A stretch of DNA of 64,000 nucleotides from the NCBI RefSeq assembly GCF_002105155.1, contig NW_019029008.1:248001-312000 (forward strand). The letters run 5' to 3'. Position numbers and translations under genes: made by a program. Under the pieces are notes generated by a model. The model saw nothing but the letters and a program-made list of their open reading frames with translations, made no database searches and was not told the DNA's origin. Every line of letters begins with the position of its first letter. Within the stretch, counting starts at the first letter, position 1. This DNA comes from Lobosporangium transversale. Taxonomy: Eukaryota. Positions 41,217 to 53,086 of this stretch are shown here, piece after piece.

Positions 41217-42297
41217 TTAAAGACGAGCTGATAAAAAGACCAAAAGAAAGAAAAAAAAAAAAAAAAAAAAAACACACATTACAGTCAACAATAACAGTGT
41301 AGTATATTCATCAATTGTTATAGAAAAAAAAAAAAAAAAAGAATAGTGCTTCTTTACCTTTGGCAGCTCCTGGATTAGCGGCGTTAGGACCATACTTGGG
41401 GTTATCATAGAGAATCCACTGAAGCCAGCTCAACTTCTTCTCTGTGTATGGCTATTTATCATTCCAAAGAAGCCGAGCAAAAAAAAAAAAAAAAAAAAAA
41501 AAAAGGTCATGTCAGTGTAAAGTGTAATTATAAACAAAAAAAAAAAAAAAAAAAAAAAGTCGCACATAAAACATAAACTGATTAAAAAATAAAATTCCTT
41601 ACAGGGAACCGAAGGTTGTTGCCACTATCCATGCCGAGAGACTTGTGAATTGTGCTGCGATCATGTGAGAAGGTATCGAATGACTTCTTTCCGTGGTAGT
41701 TGCCCATGCCTGATGGACCGACTCCTCCAAAGGGCAAGCCGTGCATAGTGAACTGAATCAACGCATCATTGACGACCGCACTGCCCGATCGCGTGTTGTC
41801 CAAGATGTAGTCGATTTTCTTTTTGTTATCACTAAAGACATAAAGTGCCAGGGGTTGATCACCGCGGCGGACATAGTTGACACCTTCTTCCAATGAATCC
41901 ACAACCCAAATAGGCAAAATGGGTCCAAAGAGCTCGCTTTGCATAAGTGAATCAGATGGATTGACGTTCAGAACCACAGTGGGTGAGATATACAGATCAT
42001 CTTCTTGAAGATCGCCTCCAATAACAATTTCTCCCTTTGTGCCCTGAAGAGCGGTTTTCAATCGATTGAAGTTGTGCTTGTTGACAATGCGGCCATAAGA
42101 TGATGATGTTTGAGGTGAGGCTCCATACATCTCTTGGATATGGAATCGAATAGCCTTGACAAGTTCATCTGCGACTTCTCGTTCAACGATCACATAATCC
42201 GGAGCGATACACGACTGGCCGCAATTGAAGAGCTTGGAGCCGATAATGCGACGTCCGATCACCCCAATATTTCCTTCCTTACTCACGAAGGCGGGGC

Positions 42298-42341
<44 letters not shown>

Positions 42342-42377
42342 TTATTCAATGTTTTAACAATAGTCTAAGGGAATGGG

Positions 42378-42413
<36 letters not shown>

Positions 42414-43237
42414 AGATATCCACGGGAACTGGCTTTACCTCTTTCCACCCAACTCCAATGTTACAGGCGTGAGATGCTTAGCAGCAGCAGTCATAATGAT
42501 CTTTCCGACATTTCCACTTCCAGTGTAAAAGATGTGGTCAAACTTTTGCTCGAGCAACAAGGTCGTCTCCGGAACACCTCCGTTGATAATACGATAGCTT
42601 CTGCTATCCAAGTACTTTGGTAACAACTTTGTTAACAATGCAGCAACATGAGGAGAGAATTCGGAGGGCTTGAGGATAGCAGTGTTGCCCGCAGCAATGG
42701 CGCCAATTGCAGGGATTAAAAGAAGATTGACAGGGTAATTCCAGGCTCCAATAACCAGCACGATTCCCAGAGGTTCCTTACGGACATGAACAGTATCCAT
42801 CTTGTTGATCAAAGAGACCTTGACCTTTTCAGGTGCTGCCCAATAATCCAAGTTTTTGAGCGTATCCACACACTCTTGCTTCACAGGTCCAGTCTCGCCC
42901 AAGACAACCTCCGTGAGTGGCTTATGGAGGTCGAGGACGCAAGCTTCACGCAAAGCTTCCTCATTTTCGACTATGAGGTTGTAGAGTCCCTTGATTTGTT
43001 CTTTCCGATAAGCGAGTGGTCTTGTCAGACCAGACAAAAAGACCTCACGAAGTTCTTCTGTGATCTTTTTTTTTTTTTTTTTTTTTATTTTTTTTTGAGA
43101 GAGAGGCAGTAAACGAATATTAATATGTGAAGGACTTTGACCTGAATTCTACAACACAGCACAATATTAGCCATTCTAAATTTTTTTAGACCAACCTTTG
43201 GGATGTCGCCCATAGGTGTATACTGAAGAGGTGACAT
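41217..43237 (-). CDS. Aldehyde dehydrogenase family 3 (fatty aldehyde dehydrogenase-like), multi-exon, ending in a PTS1-like -ARL
   Basis: EPLGIVLVIGAWNYP, KPSE, IFYTGSGNVG, TLELGGK, NCGQSCIAPDY, ELFGPILP, PFGGVGPSGMGNYHG. The last exon, 41227-41217, completes ...GAAKARL*. Confidence 0.93.
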
Positions 43238-43929
43238 AATGTTAATGTTGGCTAATGAATATAATGAATATAGTGATGTAAAATGAAGATGATGAAGAGC
43301 AAATTTATTTCAAATGAGAATATAATTTGGTCTTTTTTTTTATGTTTGAGTGTTAGAGGGTGCATCATGGCCTCTGCGCTACCTTCTTTAACTTCTTTAA
43401 CTCGGCTCGGATCAGCACGCTAAACAAGAACCTAAAACTTTGTCCAGAAATAAATTTATTTACCCGTATACGCAATTCGATCAACCCAAGCATCCAAACG
43501 ATCGGACTTGAGGACGACCGTTAGTTCAAGCCGAGCAATGTTTATTGTCTTGGTCGGCGTGAACATTTTCAAAGACCTTGTAACAGTAAGGAACGTTAGA
43601 GTCAATTCGAATTCGTGGCCAAAAAAGGAAGACAATGTAATCTTGTCTCACATGATTTCATTACACGTCAATGCTGACTAACAAAATATTCTTGAAATAC
43701 TCATCTACATTTATATTTATTTATTATAATTTACAAAGATCGTCGCTTTTTGTGTCAGATGGTTGTCTATCCAGAACAACTACTTTGTTGGCTTTGGATT
43801 TTTGACTCGACGCGTACGTGATTTTTTTTTTTTTTTTTTTTTTGGATTACTACTTCTACTTATTACCCTTATTACCATTTCCTGTCACTATTGTCATATT
43901 TCCCGTCGTGTCTATCTCTAGCCATCTCT

Positions 43930-44825
43930 TTACTCTTTATAAACACTTACTCCGTCGTTTTCAGCAGGCCTTTCGAGTTGTGTTGTAATTACTGCTGCTG
44001 CTGCTGCCACTGCTACTGTTTCTGCCGCTTTCGCCGCATCTGCCGCCGCTGCTGCTGCTGCTGCTGTTGCCACTGTCGTTTCAACTGTTTTTTGAAGATG
44101 ATTGGACGTAGATATACAAAACCTGTTCCATTCGTTTATCCAACGTTCATCATCTTGGCGCTGTTGCTCTCTTCGCTCTTCTTCTCTCGCACGAGCTAAT
44201 TTCACCTCCCGAATCCGGTTACGTTCCTCTACTTGAGTGAGCCGTCCAGTGAGTTGTTCCAGCCTTAAATGGGCATCTTCAAGGACCTCATTTTGTCTCT
44301 GAAGCGCTTGTCGGACCTGAGTGATCTTTTGCGTCATCTGAAGAATGGATCTTTCCATCCTTTGCCTTTTCTTGCGCTCAATCAATGTTGCTATTTTTCA
44401 TTTCACGAAGAAAAAAAAAAAAAAAAAAAAAAAAAGTCAGACATATTTTAATTATCGAATCAGCAGAAATGGTGGACTATTTTTTTTTTTTTTTTTTTTT
44501 TTTTACCTGCGCGAAGTATTTGTTGCCATGTCCATTGATCCTGTCTATCACAAATCTCCCTTTCAGCCTGATCTAAAATGTAGTCATCTAGTTGAGCCTC
44601 AATTGTCAACCTTCTCCATAATTGATCGACATTAGCGAGTTTGTAGAAATGTTTATTGATCTAAAAACAAAAAACGAATAATTTAAAAAAGGTCCATAGT
44701 ATTGAGGTGACCAAGCATTTCCCAAAGACCAAATAAATCCTTACAAACTTTGCTTGGTTTAACTCTAAAAGATTAAGCTGGCCCATAACCATGAGTTGGA
44801 TTTCAGTCGGAAGGTCTTGAAACAT
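43930..44825 (-). CDS. F-box protein with C-terminal coiled coil (3 exons; the N-terminal exons are missing from the ORF track)
   Basis: Spliced N-terminus MFQDLPTEIQLMVMGQLNLLELNQAKF|INKHFYKLANVDQLWRRL fits the F-box pattern; exon phases join the 151-aa coiled-coil ORF. The 3' end is uncertain. Confidence 0.7.
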
Positions 44826-45143
44826 AACGAAAAAGAAAGAAAATTAAAAAATAAAATAAAATAAAATAAAATAATGTTAAAAGAGTGAATCATCAAAAGA
44901 CATCGATCGCCCTTTACTGTTTGAATATATATATTCTCTTATTTCTCAATTACCAAAAAAGAAACAACATCGTTGCTGTTGTCCTTCAGTATGGCTAAAG
45001 CTGCCCGACATTCGAGTATGAAAGGTATTAAAAGAATAATTGGCGTTACTATTGTTGATCTATGAAAACACGAACGTTGATAGGAAAGGGATAGGAGAAC
45101 AAAGAAACAAAGAAAGCAAGAAGTAAACGAATAACGCGACATA

Positions 45144-45181
<38 letters not shown>

Positions 45182-45370
45182 GTTCCTTCAAGCTGCCGAC
45201 AAAATTAGGTGAACACATATTGGCAGCTATAAGAATGTCTTTAGAGCCCTTGGGCAAGATGAAAATATAACCAACTCAACCCTAAATCTTCAAGGGTCCT
45301 TCTTTGCCTTGATTTTTGCTCGGGCTGCTAATTTAAAAGTTACCTCATATCTCATATCATCCTTACCTTT

Positions 45371-45407
<37 letters not shown>

Positions 45408-46945
45408 GAGAAAAGTAGAAAAGAGTTGAATAATCAAGTCTGTTGTCTCTACAAGTATGGAGGTACGACTAGGACGATATTAAGGGTCTCAAACGTACCC
45501 CGCTCCGCAACAACAGCGATATGAATATCTATTGCCTTGCTTAATCCCGACATTTATCTCACTGGGACACGTCTCTGTATGTACGAAAAGGTAAGTAGAT
45601 ATCCTTAGCTCTATGGGTAAAATCACCCATTTCAAGGCCAATTGGACCCGTTCCATCCGAAGCCTAGGGCGGGTGCCGAAACACCCAGCCTCTCCTGATT
45701 GGGTTTTAGTTATACGATGCGCGCAACAAAACACAAGTATACATTTGGACATTCTCATGTTTAGTTTTGCAAAACTTGGCGAGTGATGCAGCGCAGCGTT
45801 GATATGAAACCTTTAGATGTATTTATTAATTATGAATCTAACGGTTGTAAAATCGATGCCAGTGGCATATCCAAAGAAGAAAAAAAAAAAGACGAGGACA
45901 AGGACAAGTGGCCAGATCGTGGGAAAAAAAAAAAAAAAAGAGTAACGTCTTTCGGATAATCTACAATCAATATCTCAAGAATCACTGCTTGTAATAGTGA
46001 AAAGCGATGTTCATATTGCTGTTTATAACCTAGGCGAGCGATATTCTGCTTTGTCAAGACCCTATTACTCATTTAGTGTGTCAAAAACGGCATAGCATTA
46101 CTTTTTTTGTTTTTGTTTTTTTTTTCTGTGCGCGTCTACTGGAGCATAAAACGGGCAAATTTGTCTATTTATCTTTCATCAGCTCATGAGCAGGTCAGAT
46201 GCAGTTCTCTGTGCTTTCTACTAGCATAGGAAGCATAGAAAAACAACCGTCTATTGAATTATTGTCCCCATACGAGGCCACAATTACGATTCATACACCA
46301 TGCATGGCTGTCCAGTGCACAAGCTTACTCGATACATTTTTTATACGCTATTGGACAAAGGATTTCGATAGATCGAGAGGAAATACCACTTGTAGAAGCA
46401 TCGGCAGCATGAACTGTTGAAGCCAAAGACGAAATTTATACTGATATGGACGAAATATTTGTTTTATCTGCAATCAAGAACTACTTTCAAAGAAGTTCCC
46501 TCATGATGATGGATGACAGAATCAGCTCTTAAGTCCGCAAAATGACCAGCATGTTCATGCTCGCTCTTACGGAATAGAGCACGAGAACGAACATGACGAC
46601 AAAAAAAAAAAAAAAAAAAAAAAAAAGATTTGTCACATAGGGCTGTAACTGCCCTTGTGTGAGACTGTGAAAACGTTTGGATCCCTTTCTTCACTACTTT
46701 TGTGTGTTGTGTGAGATGACCAACACAGCAAAGTAAAGAGTGGTATTATCATAAAATAAAACCAAAACAAAAAAAAAAAAAAAAAAAAAAATGTTTCGAT
46801 TATTTCCAGATCATATAATTTCGTCTCCTCATCATAGCTTTTTCCCCTCCTTCATTCTTTTTTCTTCATAAGCCTTTTTTTCTAACAAACTAGCGGTCCA
46901 TTCTACAAAGATTAACAAAAGAGCAGACTGGAGACGAAAAAAAAA

Positions 46946-47707
46946 ATGCCATCAATCTTAACAATCCCGGACGAGATTCTTTGCCATCTCTTGACTGTAT
47001 GTTGGATTTAATTTTTGAGCAAATTTTGTTACTTTTCTTGGGCGAAGCAACTCACTTTTTTTTTTTTTTTTTTTTTTTGGATTATAGTTTGTAGAGGATA
47101 TAGATCTTCAGGTAAAAAAAGTGTGCTCCTCTTAAAATAGCCTTAAAAAAGACCCCTATTACCTCTTAATATGTTTAAGTGTCACTGCCTTCATCTACAA
47201 TGTTGAAAGAGAAGAGCGAAAAGAAAAATAAACAACAAAATGCGAGCGTATGAGACTGAAACCTCTTTTTTCCCTTTTTTTCTTTTACTTTGTCTAATAA
47301 CGCAGACATTGGCCATAACATGTAAGCAATTTCGTTGCATCATGATGGACGGTCCACTTCGTCGCCATATCCTTCTCAAGCGTACGCCTGCTAGGCTTCA
47401 ATCTTCGCTTTCCGATCGACCTTCACGCGACACATTAGCGAAAAGAAATATCCTAAGGGGAGTCAATATCCGTCAGCATATTCAGGAAGGTAACTACATT
47501 GGAGGACCTATAGCAGTTCGAACATATCATGTCTCCTGTCAATTGGAGCGACAGCTGGTGAGCATTCAAATTTCAAAAAAGCTTAAAACCAGGCCGAACT
47601 GGGCAATGTTGGTCGAACGAGGACTGATTCCAGAAGAGATGCTGGTCAGCCAAGAGAAGTATGAACCAAAGTGCAAAATGGTCACTTTTCAATACCAACG
47701 GCAATAG
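46946..47707 (+). CDS. F-box protein with RPEL-like repeats (exons 46946-46996, 47088-47111, 47306-47707)
   Basis: MPSILTIPDEILCHLLT|FVEDIDLQ|TLAITCKQFR (F-box), then RLQSSLSDRPSRDTLAKRNIL and ISKKLKTRPNWAMLVERGLIP (RPEL-like). The 3' end could extend further by splicing. Confidence 0.7.
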
Positions 47708-47719
47708 CAGCAGCAATAA

Positions 47720-47778
47720 CGGCAACAGCAATAACGGCAACAGCAATAACGGCAACAGCAATAACGGCAACAGCAATA
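47720..47778. repeat. 15-bp tandem repeat (CGGCAACAGCAATAA) x~4
   Basis: Direct tandem copies just after the stop of the F-box/RPEL ORF. Confidence 0.9.
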
Positions 47779-48904
47779 GCGCTAGGAAATAGCTCAAAAC
47801 TATGGCCGTAAGCCTCAGTACCCTAGGGTATTAAGAGTTTTCTATGTCAACGGCTGGTGATGACTCTTTATAAATAGTATCTTTCAGCCATTATCCGGAT
47901 ATAGGTTTATGTGTCAACCTGATGATGGATCATCCTTGATACCAGGCTCAGTGTCGACATTAGCACCAGCAGCAGTAACAGAAGAGGCACTTTATCCAAC
48001 CTACTTTTGTCTCCAGAAAAGCTCATCAACATTGTCCCCCAATGTCAACTCGGACCCCCTGCACATGGCTATGGGCTGCCACCTGTTTCATATTCTTTGG
48101 AAGCGACACTCACCTATGGAATTGAAGCAGTCGCTCAAGATTGTCTCAGTGTAAAATACAGTAGGCTTTGAGGAGACAAAAGCATGGGCGTGATCCCGAG
48201 TGAATTAAATAGGAGAGAAGGGTCGTCTTTTTTATTTCTATATTTATTTTATTATTTAGATTGACTGACAGCCATTTAATACATAAAGGAAATAAACTAT
48301 TGCAATGTTGTCGAGGATTAAAGCTTAATCTGAGTATCAGACGACAGGACGCGTCATTTTCGCATGGACCGATATCATAAATTTTGTGCCACTTTGATGT
48401 TCCAAACAATTTGTATTAGGGTTCATTACCATCAGCAGCACCTAATTTTGTCCACTGGCGGAAAAAAAAAAGTGCTAGAGTGCATAGAGATATAGAGGCA
48501 GATAAAGCAACAGAGGGTAGGACAAAGTGAAGGAGAAAAAAGTTACAAGGGAATAAAGGAGTAAATGTATCAATTAGTGTCCATAAAAGAATTATTTATT
48601 TGTTTTGGCATCTAAGGAACTTCTAGGCTTGGAGATTGCGTTTAATAATTATATGGCTATAGCCGTTTTTTCTTTTTTTATAATAATTATAGGCATCCAT
48701 TCGTCAATCAAGTATTTAAATTATTGGCTGTGGTATATCAAGGAATGGGATGCCTCGATGTTTTGAAAATGCTTGAAAGGAATATAAATAAATTAAAATA
48801 CATGGGAAAATAAAATGACGCCAGCGGAATTAAAAAGATTTTTTTCCATACAGATATAATTTTTTTTTTCTTTTTTTTTTGTTGGTATTGATGTTGTTGT
48901 GCTG

Positions 48905-50194
48905 TTAGATGAGTCCGTATCGTTTGCCAAAAAGGATGGCCACAATGCAATACAAGAGCATAAAGCCAATTATGCCCCACCACCAATTCAGGGGCTCGCC
49001 TTCCATTCCTGGTTGGCCTGGTACACGAATGTTCATTCTAAAGAATAGTAACAAAAGCAGAGTTATTGAGTAGGTAAAAAGCAATGGTCTCATTTAGAAT
49101 GCGATGATAGAAAATAAAACGATAATAGAAAAACGATGATACAAAAAAAAGAGTAACTTTTCATATTTGCACTCACCCCCAAAGACCCGAGATGAATGTC
49201 ATTGGGACGATCAAACTAGCAAAGAATGTGAGTGAGCTTACAACTTCGTTCGTCTTATTTGACAATTGGTTGATCTCTAACGAAATCTGCGCCAAGTAGT
49301 TGGAATGTGATCTATCCAGAATCTTTTCATAACTCCACAACGACTGCAACATGGTTAGGACGTGATCCAGAATATCGCCTAAATATAACAAGATCTCTCC
49401 ATCCCGGTGATTGTTTGGATGAATAAGGCCTCCTGCATTGTCATCAGCTTTGGGTACAGAGCCTGAAGAAGCCGCTCCATTATTAGCGCCAGCACTATTA
49501 GGTCCTCCATTTCCTGCAGTAGTTGCAGAATTCCCTGCGTTAGCCGCCATTGCAGACGATGAGGCCAATGGTGCGATTGCATATCGTTCATCGAATCGTT
49601 TCATCAATCCTCTGACCACATCTGCCTTATTCGCTAATAGGCGTGAAAGCGACATGACATTCTTCCTACATGATCCAATACGTCTCAACATGTCTGTAGT
49701 TTCACTTTCTCTCAGTAATAGAACGAGCTCATCGATTGAATCGACTTCGTACTGAATAGTCTGGATAGGAGACGCAAAACTATCGGTGATATCATCCAAG
49801 AGTGCATAGTTTATCCAGTCAGGGGTTAAGGTAATATGTGAGTGCAGTTGTTCTATTCTTCGAAGTACATTCAGATGGTGATTTGTTGGTCGGAAATGGA
49901 ACTAGATAGGTTTTTTGAAAGTCAGCAATTTTTCAAAAGCATTAAAAGGTTACTGTAAATAGGATAAAAATATACATACGGTGATAAGACCATCTCTAAA
50001 GACGACGCTGTACATGCTTGCTGGCTGTAGATACGACCCCGAGTTGTAATCTTGGTCAAATGTCCGAAAGCAAACGAAATAGTAGTGGCGGAATACCTCG
50101 TATTTTTCGCGTACTTCTTCAGTTGAAATATCCTCGATTGTCAGAGGATGGACTTGGAAGTCCTTTGTATTCAAAGAGATAAAGTTAAAAAGAG

Positions 50195-50234
<40 letters not shown>

Positions 50235-50237
50235 AGT

Positions 50238-50272
<35 letters not shown>

Positions 50273-51400
50273 TATACCTTCGCAAGAATATGCATGTCAA
50301 AGTCGCTGGGATCAAGGATATCGAGCCAGAAACATCCATCCTTCAATATGTCAGAAAACACAGTCGGCGCTGTAGAACCACCATCCTCTGTTTGTATAGT
50401 AGCACTGGACAAAATCTGGGGCATAGAAGGCGCCTGAATGAAGCCGGTTGTTTTTGAGTAAAATGTATAGCGCAAAGATTCCGGTAATGGAGGCTACATT
50501 GCATCAATAGCAGTAATGATAATGATAGTAATAAAAAAAGAAAGTAAACATGTGTCATGGCGAAAGGAGAAAAGAAATGAATATCATGCGCTCCAACCAC
50601 TTGACTACATTACATACACGTGGAGCACGCTCACTGTAAAAGGATGCTTTCCTAGCAGATCGTCTCCGGAATTCAGTGTTCCCATCATTGTTAGAGGAAC
50701 CCCTTAGAAGGATTGATGAGCCAGTTGATGTTGTGCGGTGAAGATCCTTGCCGGTACTTGTTCCTTTTTCCTTGTTATTGTTGTCTCCTTGGGTATCATA
50801 GGTTGTAGCAGGCAGTTTGGCGAGAGACTCCTCGAGTGTTGTCCTTTGAAACCCATTTTCGATCAAAGAGGCTTCGGCAATAGATGCATCTAGGCCAGCA
50901 TAGTCGATCAGCATAGGTTTATCCGAGTCTCGGGTAAACTGATATCCTCCTCCTCCATCCATCATTCTATGACCACCAAGAGGCGCATGATATTCATTAC
51001 GGATAGATGAAGTGTAAGGTCGCACGGACTGTTGATGCCCTGAAAGGTGGGTTGAGCGAATTGAAGGCGTGTAGTCCCCATGAAGAGAGTGACGAGGATA
51101 TCTGAAAGCCGGCGCAAGGTTGCCACCGAAGGGAGGTGAGATGGGGCGTTGAGATTCATCACCATATTGAATGCTATTAGTGTCGCCATTACCTAAGACT
51201 GTGTTGGTGTCATTTCCAATTCCATCATCGCTATTGGGATTGTTGCGGGGTGGAAAAGTGTATACACTGGAAGGAGTGTTCCCTTCCAGAGGACGAGGGG
51301 TCGCCTGGTCAACTGAAATGACAATATCAGCTCCATCATTATTAGCGGTAACCTCGTTGTCATTAGGAACTTGTTGATCTTGTCCTGAAGAACGATGCAT
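48905..51400 (-). CDS. CorA-family Mg2+ transporter (Alr1/Mnr2-like), multi-exon
   Basis: FWLDILDP, FQVHPLTIEDI...REKYEVFRHYYFVCF, EVDSIDELV, LYLGDILDH, RSHSNYLAQI, GLWG|MNIRVPG (GMN signature across an intron), two C-terminal TM helices. Confidence 0.92.
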
Positions 51401-53086
51401 GGCTTATTATTTTCTTGTAGCCTTCTGAATGAGTGTATGAAAGAGAAAGGTGTGACAAGTTACTTCATGGAAGGATCTCAAGATGTGACAACAAAGTTGT
51501 AACGCAATGTGAAAGCACTCAAGATTAATTGCGCAATGAAAGAGGAGGGAGAAGCAAAGGAAATGAGAATGAGAAGAGGCACATAAGCATGGCTACTGTG
51601 GCTATTATTAATAGATAGAGCCGTTGTGCAACTGCAAAGTTTAAACGGTCCCATATTTAAATCATGGCGCATTTTCCATTACCGAATATGAGTTATGAAA
51701 GTCTTTGTCCTTGCTGCACCTGTCTTCCAAGCCCATCCTTTGTTCCCCTTCACTCTGATATCACATATTTTCTCTCAAGAATATAGGGAGTACCGATATT
51801 CATCGACACCTTCTGGACTGGTTCACTAAGTGTGTTGGAGGCTAGTCTGGCTCTTTCCTCCAGAAACAAAGCTTGCTTTCCCGAATTCATAGAGCGTAAG
51901 CGAAAAAGCAGTAAACGCTACAGCCATTTGCTATAGACGTAGACGTGATACTACTTTCCGGATACTCCACTGCATCGATGCCACTGCTCTTTTTTCCTGC
52001 GTTCAAGGACGTGAGCCTTGTCGAAAACGCGCTTGATCGCAAACTGCGATAATCCTTATGTCTGAATTGGTTGATGTTACTCTAATGGACCACATACCAC
52101 CCCAATGCAAAGAAGAAAGTACACTTATCCATCCACACTCCAAAAGTATTATACTGAAGATCAAACCTTGGGGAAGGCTCAACTATCATGCACACCCCAG
52201 GCTCCAAGACATCAAGCCCCAACCCTACCAATTATTAGTATAAATAGTCCACTACGTTAAAACTAAATAAAGCGTCCTTTGACCCCAATTCCACTTAGAC
52301 ACGCCTTTGATCCTGTAAGTTGCCTTGTTAGCACTCATTTTCTCTTCATAACTCAGCCAAAACAGTGCTTTACCAGGATTTATAATAAGATGGCGCGTAT
52401 TCTTTCTGCTAGTCCCCACCTAACACCGAACGCCAGTCTGATCCATCGCTATCCATTCACTGTTGTGTGAGAGGCATAGGGAAAAAATAAAATAAGATAA
52501 AGACAGACTCCAACTAGTACACGAAGAGTATCAGGATAGAAGAACTTTGTGCCGTAGAGGCTAGTACTAAGCGCGGTCACGGTGCGGCGACCAGCCCGGC
52601 CACCGTAGTCTGAGTAGGCCAGAGTGAAGTGCGAGATTCGCACAGCAACGCACAATGGTTGAACTAGAATCAAGTAGGGCTGCTTGATCGGTCAATAAGA
52701 AATTAGTAGACCGTCTAATAGAAGGAATGATGTGTGAATCAATATATGCCAATATATACATGGATTTGGTGGCGCGAATATGACAACTAAATGTCTTAGT
52801 TTGCACAGTCACGGATTTTTTCCTTTCGCCCACAGAAATGTTGTCAGAATGCATTGATGCAAAAACACTCACAGACCTCGTTTTTCCCATTCTTCCTTTC
52901 TTTCTTCCTTTTTCACTCCTTTGACTTTCTTTTCCTTTACCCGATTTTATGATCCATATCGCTTTCCCTTACCACCCAAGCGCTAGCAACGCTCTTTTAT
53001 TGTTTCATCCAATCAACTCTTGAGCGACTTTATTACTTTTGCTTGAATCCTTCCATTCCAACAATATGTTGGTCGTGTCTGCGCAC

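Noticed and set aside
36702..43237. Fatty-acid catabolism gene cluster (thiolase + fatty aldehyde dehydrogenase)
   Set aside because: Only two genes, separated by unrelated taspase-1, and probably in different compartments.
45600..45710. Possible ribozyme or RNase P/MRP-type RNA (GGGT...ACCC and GGGTG-CCGAAA-CACCC hairpins)
   Set aside because: The stems are short, and hammerhead or P4 consensus elements are not present in the required arrangement.
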